Shown in pieces: positions 22,897 to 34,395 of a stretch of 64,000 nt of DNA; position 1 is the first letter of the stretch, and each line of letters starts with the position of its first letter. The stretch covers positions 160,001-224,000 of the forward strand of contig CAVOHZ010000008.1 of NCBI GenBank assembly GCA_963695855.1, read 5' to 3'. Position numbers and translations under genes: made by a program. Below the pieces are notes generated by a model. The model made no database searches. It was not told the DNA's origin and worked only from the letters and a program-made list of their open reading frames with translations. Source of the DNA: an uncultured Nitrososphaerales archaeon (GTDB taxonomy: Archaea > Thermoproteota > Nitrososphaeria > Nitrososphaerales > Nitrososphaeraceae).

Positions 22897-23931
22897 ATGA
22901 ACAAATTATTATTGTTCTCAACGGCTCTTATGATGAGTCTAGTATTTGGATCCGGTTTTGGTATTGCTGGACAATCTATCTTTGCTCAAAACTATGGATA
23001 CGATGATGACTACTCAGACGGAATGAGTCAACCAGATTATAGATCTGACTATAGTTATAGCAAATACCCAAAAAATGATAAAAAATATGAAAGTCAAAAA
23101 GGTAAATTTGAAGGGTTCTATGTAGCTTCTCCAGAATTCTGTATGGAAGATGACAGAAAGGACAAACAAGATTACAATGATTACAATGATTATAAAGCAA
23201 AAATATTTCCTAAATCTGGAATCCTAACAGTAAAATGGTGGCAATGGATCTTGGATATACCTAGTGAAATTAGTCCGTAGCTTGACGAAACTGGAGAAAA
23301 CTGTAATGTAGATCAACGAGGACCTGTTTGGTTCTTAGTAGGAACACCTGGTAATACTGATCAACCTCCTCCGATTACTGGTTCTACAGAACGAGATTGT
23401 ACCATATCAGAAGGAAAAAAGATATTGTTTCCAGCATTTAATACATTCTGTTCAGAATTAAACGATGCAGACGCAATAAAAGATGCATTAGGTATTCCAC
23501 GAGATCAACCTATTCCTCCATCACAATTAGAAGAAGGGTTAGGCCTATGTGCTAAAAATATTGTTGATTTAGCTACCATACATGTGGCTTCTATAGATGG
23601 TAAAGCAATAACTAATTGGGAAGATTTAAGGGTATTGAGTCCGATATTTACAATTACTTTTATAGAAGATAACGCTTTTGGTGTAACAGATTTTATTGGT
23701 ATCCCACAAAAGGCTGTTTCTGATGGATACTGGGTCTTAGTTAAGGGACTTAAGCCAGGAGAACATACCATAGTATTTAAAGGAGGGATTCGAGACTTCT
23801 TTGAAACACAAACAACATACCATATAACAATAGAACCATCGAACAACAACGATCATAATTATTATGACAACAACTATGGAAGTTATAATAATAATGGTTA
23901 TAATAATAACTATAACTATTATTATTATTAA
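22897..23931 (+). pseudogene. Secreted protein (WWQW...GPVWFL...SDGYWV family) interrupted by one in-frame TAG at 23278-23280
   Basis: ORFs 22897-23280 and 23425-23931 share a frame; the gap reads LDETGENCNVDQRGPVWFLVGTPG without stops. Confidence 0.85.
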
Positions 23932-24094
23932 TCCATTTCCATATTTTTTACTAACGCTATATTTAGATCCTTCTTTTGAAATAGTTATCATCAAAATATC
24001 TTATTTAGGACTTTTTAGTAACATGAGTATTAATAGTTGGTAATTATTATTGACTGTGTTGATTTAACCAAATAGTTTTAGCGATGAATGTCCT

Positions 24095-24340
24095 ATCCTT
24101 AATCTAACATGCAAATTAGATTTGAAAGAAGTAGAACATCCAAAGTTATAGTAATATATTCTCTTTATCTATATTTTCTTGGTTTGAGTTTAAGAAATAC
24201 TTCCAAGGCATTAGTGATATTGAGATAAAAAAAATCATGGCACTGTATGGAACTGGATTCAAAGATTTGGTTCCTGCTGTCAGATCTATAAAAGAAAAAG
24301 GGTGCCTTGCCTTCATAATAGATAAAACTGTTATTCATTA
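24095..24340 (+). pseudogene. IS6 family transposase 5' remnant
   Basis: ctttatctatattttcttggtttgagtttaagaaatacttcc and tggaactggattcaaagatttgg match the IS6 copies at 28269 and 37554. Confidence 0.7.
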
Positions 24341-25074
24341 TAGTTACAAAATTATACAATGAATTTTTTTTGTCTTGGTTCATTAACGTCTGGAAAGTAT
24401 CTATGGAAAAGTGACTATATTTTAAATAGAATGAAATAGATCCGATGTTTAAAAGGAAGTATTATTGAAATTGAATAAAGTGCATTTACAATAAAAAAGT
24501 AAATGAATCTATTGTAGAGCAACCAATATCTTCATTTAGATATTTCCAGATATTCTTTTTTGGTTCTTGTTGGAGATGTTGTAAGTCCCTACTACTAGTT
24601 GATCCATTATTTGTAAGATCAAAAAACTAATGTCAAGATATATTTGAACTAATGGATATGATAATAAGATATTCATGAAAAATATTTGTAATCCACTACT
24701 GCAGTAATATAAGGAGAGTTAAGCTTTGCCTTAGTAGTAGTAGTATCATTATCACTCTCACTTTTGAAACTGAAAGCTAATCTTTTTTTAGTATTTCCTG
24801 ATTGTTTGATATTGTATTTTTTTATTAATTTTTTTAAATAATCATCATATTCTCTAAGGTTGCGATAAATTGTTTTTAAATTATTTAAATTGCAAGATGA
24901 ACGAATAAAATTAAATCTCTCTTTCTTAAATTGTATCCTTAATATTTTTCGTAGGACGCCATAAAAAGTAATTTGTTTATATTGGATTTTAAAATATACT
25001 TAAAATTATATAGAGAATAGTTAAGCTATTAGTAACTAATTCTATATCACATATTTTTATGACAAGTTCTAAAG

Positions 25075-25256
25075 ATTAGAGAAAAAAACTATTATTGGAT
25101 ATTAGAGAAAAAAACTATTATTGGATATTAGAGAAAAAAACTATTATTGGATATTAGAGAAAAAAACTATTATTGGATATTAGAGAAAAAAACTATTATT
25201 GGATATTAGAGAAAAAAACTATTATTGGATATTAGAGAAAAAAACTATTATTGGAT
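25075..25256. repeat. 26-bp perfect tandem repeat, 7 copies
   Basis: attagagaaaaaaactattattggat starting at 25075, 25101, 25127, 25153, 25179, 25205, 25231. Confidence 0.95.
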
Positions 25257-25298
25257 ATTACATAACCAATAAAAACTAAAAGATTATACAATTATCAC

Positions 25299-26195
25299 AT
25301 GTCTATAGCTTATACTACAATTACTACTATAATTGTAATAAGTATATTTTCCATAGTAGACTACTATGATTCCTACAATTTTTTAGTAACATTATCAACA
25401 GTATCTGCAGAGAAAGTTTTAGATGATAATGGCGTAATAAAGTACATTTACCCTGGATTTCAGCGTAGTGTGTACAATCCATTGACCTTATCTAGTGGGG
25501 GTTTATCATATTTAACAGAATACGAAAAGACTGGAGATATGGAAGCCGGCGAATTTTTTATTAATACTGCCAACTGGCTTGTTGATAATGCAAAATATAA
25601 AGAAGGAGGAAGATACTCTATTTGGGAATATGATTTTACATGGCCGTGGTATGGAGGAATACCCCCTCCGTACTATTCTGCCTATGCACAAGCAACAGGA
25701 ATGGTTGTTTTGGTTCATGCTTATGATTTCACTGGTAATGAAATTTACTTACGTGAAGCACACAAGGCATTTCAGGCACTCCTTGTTGATTATGATGATG
25801 GTGGTGTAACGACTATAGAAGATGATAATGGCGATTCAATCTTTCTTCATCTATTGGCTAAACCTGGCTTTCCAAAGACATATGTTTTAAATGGTCATAC
25901 AGGTTCATTATTACGTATATGGCAATATTATGAGCTAACTAATGATCCTCAAGCAAAGTCAATATTTGATAAAGGGATAAATTACCTAAAACAGAATTTA
26001 TGGATGTATGATACTGGATTCTGGTCGCTTTATGATCTGACACTTATTAATCAGTCGGAAAACCTTGCTTGGGATGTATATCATAAACAAATTATAGGTC
26101 AGCTAAAAAAGCTGTATGATATTAGCGGCGAACCGATACTAAAAGAATATGCAGATAGATTTAATAAATATCTTAATCCACCATTAAGTCTATAA
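25299..26195 (+). CDS. D-glucuronyl C5-epimerase C-terminal domain protein (membrane-anchored)
   Basis: W.YDF.W, YSAYAQATG, YVLNGH..SL, YDTG.WSLYD, YH...QL motifs. Confidence 0.85.
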   Translation: MSIAYTTITTIIVISIFSIVDYYDSYNFLVTLSTVSAEKVLDDNGVIKYIYPGFQRSVYNPLTLSSGGLSYLTEYEKTGDMEAGEFFINTANWLVDNAKYKEGGRYSIWEYDFTWPWYGGIPPPYYSAYAQATGMVVLVHAYDFTGNEIYLREAHKAFQALLVDYDDGGVTTIEDDNGDSIFLHLLAKPGFPKTYVLNGHTGSLLRIWQYYELTNDPQAKSIFDKGINYLKQNLWMYDTGFWSLYDLTLINQSENLAWDVYHKQIIGQLKKLYDISGEPILKEYADRFNKYLNPPLSL

Positions 26196-26955
26196 TAACT
26201 AATATTAGGTCATATATCTAAAGAGATAGTTTATTATGATATTTAGATTGAACTTTTTAGTTCAATTATATATCTATATAGAACAATCATACTTTTTCGA
26301 TTAGAGCTTGTATATTTTCAGGAAATTCAAATGAAATTCTATTATTTTGTGCTACTCCCTATCAAAAAGAAGTTTTTCCAATGAAGCATTTAATGTACTG
26401 ACTTTAGTTTTCTCTCGATATATCTAATGTATCACCGTTATGAATAGACACAAGGATTCTCTTTAATACACCTTGTAGTATTGGAACTTCTACTACCTTC
26501 TAATCTCCATTATCTACTTCAATCATCATTAACAGTAGCAGTATTCATATATGCATTTGGATTGCTATCGATAAATCTTAATGGTAAGCTAAGAGACATG
26601 CGTCACCACTAAAGCCATCATCAGATAGTCCATAATCATTATCATTATAATTACCATTTTGAGTATCTACTCATTTGCTGTTTGTGTATTCATTATACTG
26701 ACATTTTTAATATATCGTTGTAGCGTTTTCTGTTCTGTTTTTTCATTCTTATCAGTTAACTCTATTCCGTCCCTCCTTCCTAATCTAAGAATAAAAACCT
26801 GTTCTATGTTATTAGTTTATTGTATTTCTTACGATTTATACATTAGCAATATGAAAATTTGTTATTAGTATCGTTTCAATAGATAAATCATAATGGTTGA
26901 TTCGAGTAATTCATAAAAAGAGTCAGAGAGATGATAAATCTCTAAAAGTAAAGTA

Positions 26956-27025
26956 GGCGAACCCGAGAAAAGTACTGGCCCGTCGGGAGTAATACCTATA
27001 GCGGTGCAAAAATAAGAGTCTAATG
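26956..27025 (+). repeat. Junction element family A copy
   Basis: ggcgaacccgagaaaagtactggcccgtcgggagtaatacctatagcggtgcaaaaataagagtctaatg. Confidence 0.85.
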
Positions 27026-27145
27026 TTAAGGTATCATTAATAATAGTCAAGATTTATTTTTTAATTATTATATTACATTTTTTTAAAATTACTTGAGAGT
27101 TTCTTGAAAGATAAAAAAAGAAAGAAAGTTAATGTCTCAATAACA

Positions 27146-27262
27146 ATGGAACATCATAGAAAAGTAAAAAATGGTATTGAATTTCTTTTATCTCATTTTG
27201 CCGGAAGGCACAGATTATTTCCTAGCAGATGTCTACATTAGCAAGTAATGGTAGACAATTAA
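27146..27262 (+). pseudogene. 5' remnant of a primase/PriX-like mobile-element replication gene
   Basis: MEHHRKVKNGIEFLLSHFAGRHRLFP resembles, from memory, the G.DFILSHF..PLFPR N-terminus of thaumarchaeal primase-like proteins. Confidence 0.4.
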
Positions 27263-27382
27263 GGTTTTCTTTATTCTTAAATAGGTAGCGCTATAGCATG
27301 TTTGTTTACGTATTATTGAGATATACTTCTATAGAAAGACTGTATATTTTTATCAAACAAGATTTGTTTATTATTAATAGTA

Positions 27383-27745
27383 ATGCGAGATATACAAGCT
27401 AATGAAGTTGCATGGTATTTACGTGATCATTTTTTCAGGCAGTTTAATCAAGGCAGAGAGCATTTCAAAAAAGAGTCACTTGCAGACGAAATGATTAGTT
27501 TGTATTTAAGATATAGGAATTCTAATTTGCAGGATATGAATGATATGATAACTGCCGTAGTTGAAAATCTAATTTCCCGTCAAGTAATAAAAAAGACCGA
27601 GAATAATTCATTGGAATTGGCAAGCAGATTTTCTCGTTTACAGTGCTCTAAATGTTTTTACATTTCCTATCTAAATAGTAATGAACCTAGAAATTGCTTG
27701 AGATGTTTATCAAGTGAATTGCATGATTTCCCAAAGAAAAGGTAG
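27383..27745 (+). CDS. Hypothetical protein, wHTH-like with C-terminal Zn ribbon
   Basis: QCSKCFY...NCLRCLS. Confidence 0.7.
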   Translation: MRDIQANEVAWYLRDHFFRQFNQGREHFKKESLADEMISLYLRYRNSNLQDMNDMITAVVENLISRQVIKKTENNSLELASRFSRLQCSKCFYISYLNSNEPRNCLRCLSSELHDFPKKR

Positions 27746-28218
27746 TTGTTAAATTTTTCCCTTGATTGAACATATTTTCATTGGATTATATTCTTTTTTG
27801 GTTGACTCAATTTTCATTTATTTAGATAACCTCTATGTACCCATAAAATTATCTTATTTTAATAATTAACATGCAATTATTATAAGTTAGTAATGCATGG
27901 TCCTGACTAAATGAAAATCTTTATTGGATACCAATTTCTTTTGTATACAGGCTAGGTTCAAAGTTAACGTACTCCGTATGAGAGTGAGGTCCTGACTGAA
28001 CCAATATACGAGCGGCTATAATACTGCCTCATAAAGAAGGCGAATGGATGTTTGCCGCCTGTAAGCCGAAATAAAAAAGAATGAAAAAAATAAAAATGAA
28101 TGGAAAGTGACATGTATAGCATATACTATTTTCGATAATTTTTAATATGATGAATTATAATAGAATATTACGGTTAACAGGAACATAAGGATGACCTGAT
28201 ACAGATGAAGATTTTCAT

Positions 28219-28935
28219 GGATGTTAACTTAAGACTATTTTACCTCCAATTTTGAATACAATATTGTTTCATATTTTTGCATTATACAGATAAACAAATA
28301 ATCTTATCCAATTGTATACATGCTGTAGACCACATTTTATACTAATCTCGGTACAGGGATAGTAATCATCAAAACATTCTGTTCTATCCTTGAAATACTG
28401 CATCACTCTTTCTATCAATCTTTTCTGAAATGGTGAATGCAAATAGTGTTTTAATCCCAATACATTGCAGGCCTCTGGATACCATGTACCACTATCCGAA
28501 TATACGGTATGTTTTACATATTGGGATACAAGCGATCTAATGAATTTTTCAGCAACAAGCATGTTTCTCTCTTCTGATATATAGATTCCAAGCACGGAAC
28601 TGTGGACCGGTTCAATACAAAACCATAGCCAGAAATGCTGGTTACCAATCTGAATAACTGTTTCATCAATAATAAAAGTAGATGCTCGTTTCCTTTTGTA
28701 AATTTGAGATGAACCAAACCTTTGTATCCAATTCCATACAGACACGTAAGTTCTTTTCCTATCTTTAAAGAGTATTAACGCTTTAGATGTATTTCTTAGA
28801 CTGAGACCAAGAAAATACAGATACAAAGAATACATTACTATAAAATGGAGTGTCTTATTTCTTTCAAATTTGATTTTCATATTATAAATAGAATGTTCTT
28901 AGCTATAGCTTTTACTGCTTAAATTAACACAGGCC
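28219..28935 (-). mobile_element. IS6 family element (transposase 28269-28880)
   Basis: [18 protein letters not shown] motifs; TIRs gg..tgttaacttaag and cttaaattaacacaggcc. Confidence 0.9.
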
Positions 28936-29173
28936 ATTACAGTAATAATATCGCTAGAGTAATAGATTAGTCAATTATTTATTTTAAAAAAAGAAAAACA
29001 AGCTTGTCAATTGGTATGTCGGCTTATTCAACTTGATTGTCTACTACGAAGTACCTGAAGGTAAAAAGAACGAAGTTAAGACAATCTTTGAATTATTTAT
29101 TAAATGGAAAAAACAAATAACAGCATAAAAAACGAGTTCTTCATATACTATGAAGACTAATATAGAGTAAATA

Positions 29174-29446
29174 ATGACGACAGAATTCAGTTATCATTAT
29201 TTGCCATATTGTGTTGCTGTTTTCTTTCTTTTTTACTCTATGTTTTTATTGTTAGTCCACGGGGAATTTGAACAAGAAGAAGACTATTCAAGCATGGATA
29301 TATATGGAAACATATTTTACAACAATATTGAGGACGAAATCTTGGACACTGAACAACCCGTTCCAATGAATACCACAGAACTGATAGAAATAGGAAAGAA
29401 TCTTACAATTATCCACAACCCTTCTACTGGAAAATATTTTCAATAA
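29174..29446 (+). CDS. Small secreted hypothetical protein
   Basis: Hydrophobic N-terminus, acidic body. Confidence 0.45.
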   Translation: MTTEFSYHYLPYCVAVFFLFYSMFLLLVHGEFEQEEDYSSMDIYGNIFYNNIEDEILDTEQPVPMNTTELIEIGKNLTIIHNPSTGKYFQ

Positions 29447-29571
29447 AGACAATTGATTTTATTTATAGTGTGGCTAGAAAGATTGGAGGGTTTGAAGCGT
29501 TGAACTTTTGTGATATCCAGATATGGCCGCAGATGTTATACTGAAAGGCGTCTACCTTGATTATTGTCATG

Positions 29572-29685
29572 TTAGTAGTATTCACTCAAACGTTTACCGC
29601 AATAAGTACATTTTAAAAGTCTACCGTAATTTGTAGCGTAAGACAACTCTCGCATGTTTCCTTTATTGCATTTTTTACAGCTCAT
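29572..29685 (-). CDS. 37-aa Zn-ribbon microprotein
   Basis: MSCKKCNKGNMRELSYATNYGRLLKCTYCGKRLSEYY; next ATG 1 bp downstream (29463-29570, truncated Zn-ribbon MTIIKVDAFQYNICGHIWIS). Confidence 0.6.
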   Translation of the reverse strand: MSCKKCNKGNMRELSYATNYGRLLKCTYCGKRLSEYY

Positions 29686-29868
29686 TCTTTTTAATCCCGT
29701 CCTTGTTGTTCTTCTTGTTGTTCTCGTTCGTTGTTATCCTCTTCTTCTGTTTCATCTTTATCTTCTTGTTGAATTGATACAACTGGAATAGGGCCTTTGT
29801 CTTCTGCTGGATTGTCCACTGGTTTTTGTTGTTGCTGTTGATATAAATTTAGATTTTTTTGTATTAAG

Positions 29869-30202
29869 TCTCATATACAGATTTAAGCTGAGCTTTTGTA
29901 GTTATATATTAATCTTAACAAGATTTTACAAATTCTTTAAAATTTGTTAAAAATATTATATAATTACAAATGCATTTTTATTATTATTACAAGTAATTGT
30001 TAATTTTGTTTTAATTAATAGGTGTTTTAAAATGTACACCATAAATGGGTGGTTTTAGAATTATTTTAATATCGTAACAACTAGAAAGTATCTAAGGTAT
30101 AGTAATGGTGTTTTCTGTGGTTGTTATGACATTGTTGACGTATTTCTTATTGCCTTTTAAGAAGTATGTCTATCTACAATAACTTCAATTTCTAAAACTT
30201 CT
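29869..30202. repeat. About 330-bp duplicated upstream region, copy of 18304-18400 plus 19590-19828 without the IS
   Basis: Near-identical sequence tctcatatacagatttaagctgagc...tctaaaacttct. Confidence 0.9.
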
Positions 30203-30285
30203 ATGATTTGTCTTTTGTCCTATCTATAGAAACGAAAAGTAAACAGTCAATAGTATGAATCTTAATATCCCTAGTATTCTAAATA

Positions 30286-30711
30286 ATGACTATGTCTACT
30301 AATACAAACAAAATTACAAACACAGTAAGTAAATTTCAAGATGAAACCAGCAAGATATATGAAAATAATATTGAAATACAAAAAAATATAATCTCTTCCT
30401 ATCAGTCAGTATATGGTCAGGTTCTTGAAAATCTATCCAAGTCATATAGGAATAATTGCAAGATTCCAGAAGAAGCTGCTGAAGCATACAATTCAATCAG
30501 CAAAAATGTAGTGGATAATATCACTAACAGAACAAATTTTATAAATGAAATGACAATAGGAAATATAGATAAATTTAGTAGAAATATTGAATTTGCGCAA
30601 AGATATTTCAACGATACGGCTCAAAATTATTTCAACTATCAAAATTATTTCAACTATCAAAATTATTTCAACTACATAAAAGAGTTAGAAAGGTCTTATG
30701 ATAACAAATAA
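30286..30711 (+). CDS. Asn/Gln-rich helical protein (possibly phasin-like), paralogue of 46234-46788
   Basis: Shared INNTVS...IEIQKNII.SYQS...TNFINE...ERSY.K pattern; 18-bp x3 repeat at 30621-30674. Confidence 0.65.
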   Translation: MTMSTNTNKITNTVSKFQDETSKIYENNIEIQKNIISSYQSVYGQVLENLSKSYRNNCKIPEEAAEAYNSISKNVVDNITNRTNFINEMTIGNIDKFSRNIEFAQRYFNDTAQNYFNYQNYFNYQNYFNYIKELERSYDNK

Positions 30712-30776
30712 GAAATTTATTTTTCCACTATAATTGGATTATAATCTGTAATCCATAAATATTTTGAATTAAGAAC

Positions 30777-31350
30777 GTATCCCAAAATTATCCTCCTAGA
30801 TACAGTAATGCTACTTGCTAATTTTACAAGACCCAGATAGTTCTCATCCTTCTTTCCATATCTTGTAAATAATTTTCTGAATCTGTTATGCCAAGAATTT
30901 GTTCTCTCAACTACCCATCTTCTTGCAGGATGTTTTCTACAAAATATCTTTTCTTCTCTTCTGTGTCGCATATGGGAAATATATCCTCTGTTGATAATTT
31001 CTTGTTCTATTTCTTTGGAATGATATGCTTTGGCAAGGCACAGGTTCTGTTTCTGTTTATGCTTTGGTTTGAATAATGATGGTCTCTTGATAACCATACT
31101 GTCAACTGTTTCAATTGCAACAGTGATATCATGAGTATTTGCAGATGTTAGAATAGCGGATAGTGGAAAACCTTCTTTATCTGTTAGAATATGTCTTTTG
31201 GTTCCTAATTTACTCCTATCTGTAATATTATGACCAGTCATCGCCCCCCCTAAAGGAGATTTTACTGATATGCTCTCAAGTGGTTGCCAGTTCCATTTTA
31301 TTCCTCTCGTGTTATCGTATATTTTTAGTAATCTGGTCCATAATTTGTCA
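30777..31350 (-). mobile_element. Truncated IS5 family (IS427-like, two-ORF) element
   Basis: TDRSKLGTKRHILTD, RWVVERTNSW; catalytic D replaced (CLAKAY); orfA only a remnant; homologous to 41937-42859. Confidence 0.85.
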
Positions 31351-31359
31351 AATAATCCT

Positions 31360-31530
31360 CATTGTCTCCATTGGAGTTCATCCACCACATAGAATAATTC
31401 TAAAGAATTTAAAAAATCGATGGGGAAGTATCACTAAAGAAGATACTATCAACCTGAATAGAAATATAATAAAAGCTCATCATGACATTATTGATAATAT
31501 TATTATTCATGAATTGTGTCATCTAAAAAA
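31360..31530 (+). pseudogene. C-terminal fragment of YgjP/DUF45-type zinc metallopeptidase
   Basis: LKNRWGS...INLN...IIDNIIIHELCHLK (HExxH). Confidence 0.7.
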
Positions 31531-31968
31531 TTCAAGGATCTTGAATGTGTACATATTCTTCGAACTAAATAGTATTATACTAGACCTTGTATGATTATCT
31601 AATGAAACGATGTTTTTGGGCTCAAAAGCAAGATATGGGTCCTTGGGTAGAAGTTGGCATTCTATGAGCTATCACTTTGATAAACAGAAAAGTATCTTAA
31701 ATAAATTATTAAACCTGAAATTTATTTTTTTGTCGTTTTTTACATCAAAAAAACTCGTTAATTCTTTTGATAGTTGGTCACCAAATATACGTAAAATCTC
31801 GAATTCAACATGAGTTAGCTTTTAGCAATATTAAATTTATTTATTGTATTCCAAATCGTAACATTAAATGGTTCGATGTCTGAGTTGATGATAATTTAAA
31901 ACAAGAAAAGACAGATAAAAAGTTTGGAGCTTACGACGTTAGTATATTTCCCTACAAGTGTCCCAAGC

Positions 31969-32208
31969 TTAAAGGACTTGCCAAAAATTAGGATCTTGAT
32001 AATATTTGTAGGCAGTTTCCGCCCTTTCTTTAGTAATTTTCGCATTGATTATGTCTTTATTATCAGCCTGTGTATTAGCTTCATCAAGCAGTCTGCTAAT
32101 CTCGTCCAAGAATTTTTGTCTAACTTCAGCTTCATTGTTTCTTTTAATTTCAGTAATTTTCCGATCCAAATCACTTATCTTTTGTTTAATTCCATCTTCG
32201 GTGGACAT
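31969..32208 (-). CDS. Small coiled-coil hypothetical protein
   Basis: 79-aa charged ORF with TATA-like upstream sequence. Confidence 0.5.
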   Translation of the reverse strand: MSTEDGIKQKISDLDRKITEIKRNNEAEVRQKFLDEISRLLDEANTQADNKDIINAKITKERAETAYKYYQDPNFWQVL

Positions 32209-32936
32209 GAGCGTTGTAGTAGCACATACTTATTTAAAGATATTATAAATTAAGTTTATTAGTAATTTATGTATCAGGCTTCGAGAATTCGGATACTAAC
32301 CTTCAACACGTCATTTTGATATCTTTCAGAAGTTCGCATGCATTTTGATATCTTTCAGAAGTTCGCATGCATTTCAAATATTCATGAAATTCAATCAGCA
32401 AAGTAGCATTTTTTCTGTTAGGTAAGAGCATTTACTTTTTTCAGAATATTCGCTAACTTCGTTGGCATCTTACTGAGGTCTCCTGTTCATTTCTATCTAC
32501 TATCTATAGTATATGAGCCCAATTGGTTGACTGGCTCGGAGGTATGTGAATTGTTTTTGACACAATATTTTTGGCCCATATTATAAGATAATAAAACTTG
32601 GAATTAGATTCAATCACTTTCTTTCAATACTTAAAATAAAGAAAGGAAATTAATTAATAATTGTACCTAACTAAAAACTTTAACATTTTTTAAATAAATA
32701 ATAAGTGGTCACAAGCTATGTTTTTTATAATTTTTAAAAGAGTATACTGTTCTTTGAATCTTTATTCATAGTGAATTACATATTTTTATTTTTAGAGTTA
32801 ATTAATAAAATGTTCTAAAAGTAATATTATTAAGTTAATATATCAAATAAAACCAGAATGTATTAGAAAAAATTGACATTTGAATAAATGAAAGATTTTA
32901 ATTCAATTCAAAAGAAACTACAAATATTTATAAATG

Positions 32937-33239
32937 TTATAATTTTTTACACTGTTCGATAACATCTGAAAATGTGATTAGAGGGACTATTTTCAATGCA
33001 TTAAATTTACCTACATTTGTTGCAAAGAATGATTGTATTAAATGAGCATCATTAGCTTCAACGACCCATAAAAAAGTGTGTTCTAAACCTGAGTGATATT
33101 GGTTAATTATTTTTATATTTAGTTTACTTGCTTCCTCAACTATTTTGGGACCATTTTCTAATACAGCTTTTCGAGTTTCAGCGTTATTCAATGGACATGC
33201 TTCTGTAGTATGACTACCGTATATTCCATATAAGCCCAT
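32937..33239 (-). CDS. Conserved small alpha/beta protein (DUF3303/GYD-like)
   Basis: GSHTTEACP...EHTFLWVVEA...KIVPLITF. Confidence 0.7.
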   Translation of the reverse strand: MGLYGIYGSHTTEACPLNNAETRKAVLENGPKIVEEASKLNIKIINQYHSGLEHTFLWVVEANDAHLIQSFFATNVGKFNALKIVPLITFSDVIEQCKKL

Positions 33240-33509
33240 AGTTATTAATTAGGATTAAAGTTTATAAATGTTGTTTGGTTTGTTTGCATTTATATTAATT
33301 TGACTTCTCTATCTTTTAATTGAATAATAAAATATTGTATTGTACTGTTAAATATAATACAAAAAAATAGATGAACTCAAGAAAAATACTCACCTAATGG
33401 AATGGAATCATTTATGTAGTAGGTTCTTATTAAATCATATTTAGATTTCATTATTACAAACCTTTTTTATTTTATTTTGAATTCGTTATAATATGTTATA
33501 ATTATAAAA

Positions 33510-33604
33510 GGGAGTAACACCGATAGCGGTGCGAAAATAAGAGTCTATTGTAGAGATACTACTATCTTGTATTTAGCTTTTATTATTAGAAACTTATTTT
33601 TAAA
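33510..33604 (+). repeat. Hybrid junction element: family A arm followed by family B tail
   Basis: gggagtaacaccgatagcggtgcgaaaataagagtct, then ctactatcttgtatttagcttttattattagaaa. Confidence 0.8.
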
Positions 33605-33675
33605 TGAATACCAATGTAGAGTTACTATAAAAATTAATATTATATATTTTGATATATAAAAAAATATTAAATTAA

Positions 33676-33939
33676 TTAGTCATTTTTGATGGTAGTAGCT
33701 TGTAATAATTCGCCCATTTCATTATGCATTTTGAGATAGTTTAGTCCTTTTTCTGTAGTCTTGAATGTTTGAGTCACATCAAGATATTCTATTAGATTGT
33801 TTTCTGTCAAAACAGAAAGATATTCCTTTAATTGTGCATAACTTAGAAAAGCTTTGTACATAATTTTTGTCTTTGTTGCTCTTCCATTTGCAGCGTCCAG
33901 TATATTACCCACTATTTCCGTTCTACTTCTATATTTCAT
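33676..33939 (-). CDS. Winged helix-turn-helix regulator (HTH_45 type)
   Basis: MKYRSRTEIVGNIL...TKTKIMYKAFLSYAQLKEYL...TTEKG. Confidence 0.9.
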   Translation of the reverse strand: MKYRSRTEIVGNILDAANGRATKTKIMYKAFLSYAQLKEYLSVLTENNLIEYLDVTQTFKTTEKGLNYLKMHNEMGELLQATTIKND

Positions 33940-34290
33940 ATTATTATAAGGTTATTTAATTATTTTAGTTTAATATCACAGTCAAAGGTAAGATAATTAT
34001 AGTACAAACATTGTAAATATTATTCGCAAACAAAGAAAATATATAAGAAAAGGTAATGCCTCAGCACTCAATAAAAATCAATAGTAATAGTTGCAGATAA
34101 TGTTTTGATACATGAAAACGAAATGAAAGATTATTTAGATTATGTTAAATTCTGAGAGATACAATAGTTATTACAGCAACAACAAAAACTACTTCAGAAT
34201 TTACTAAAAATGTTAAAGATGTTCTGAAACTCAGTATATTAGTAAATTTGAACTAGCAAGTTGTTTGAATTTTAGTTCTTTTTAACAATA

Positions 34291-34395
34291 GGGTTCGCCT
34301 GCATTTTCAGCAAGCTGGTCGGGAGTAGAATCTTCCATGTAGTAGGGTTCTACTACGTTATATTTAGCTTTTATCATTAGAAATTTATTTTAAAA
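34291..34395 (+). repeat. Junction element family B copy
   Basis: gcaagctggtcgggagtagaatcttccatgtagtagggttctactac...tttagcttttat. Confidence 0.85.

Noticed and set aside
23278-23280. Pyrrolysine or programmed amber read-through
   Set aside because: No pyl genes visible, not a methylamine methyltransferase, and a single-base nonsense change explains it.
25075-25256. Possible CRISPR or TIGR-like array
   Set aside because: Units are contiguous and identical, with no variable spacers and no associated effector gene.
31280-31594. 104-aa ORF as an intact peptidase or type I restriction-modification partner
   Set aside because: Chimera of antisense IS5 DNA and a short YgjP-like fragment; no hsd genes nearby.
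34123-34150. dif-like site (ttatgttaaat half-site)
   Set aside because: No matching inverted left half; expected by chance in AT-rich DNA.
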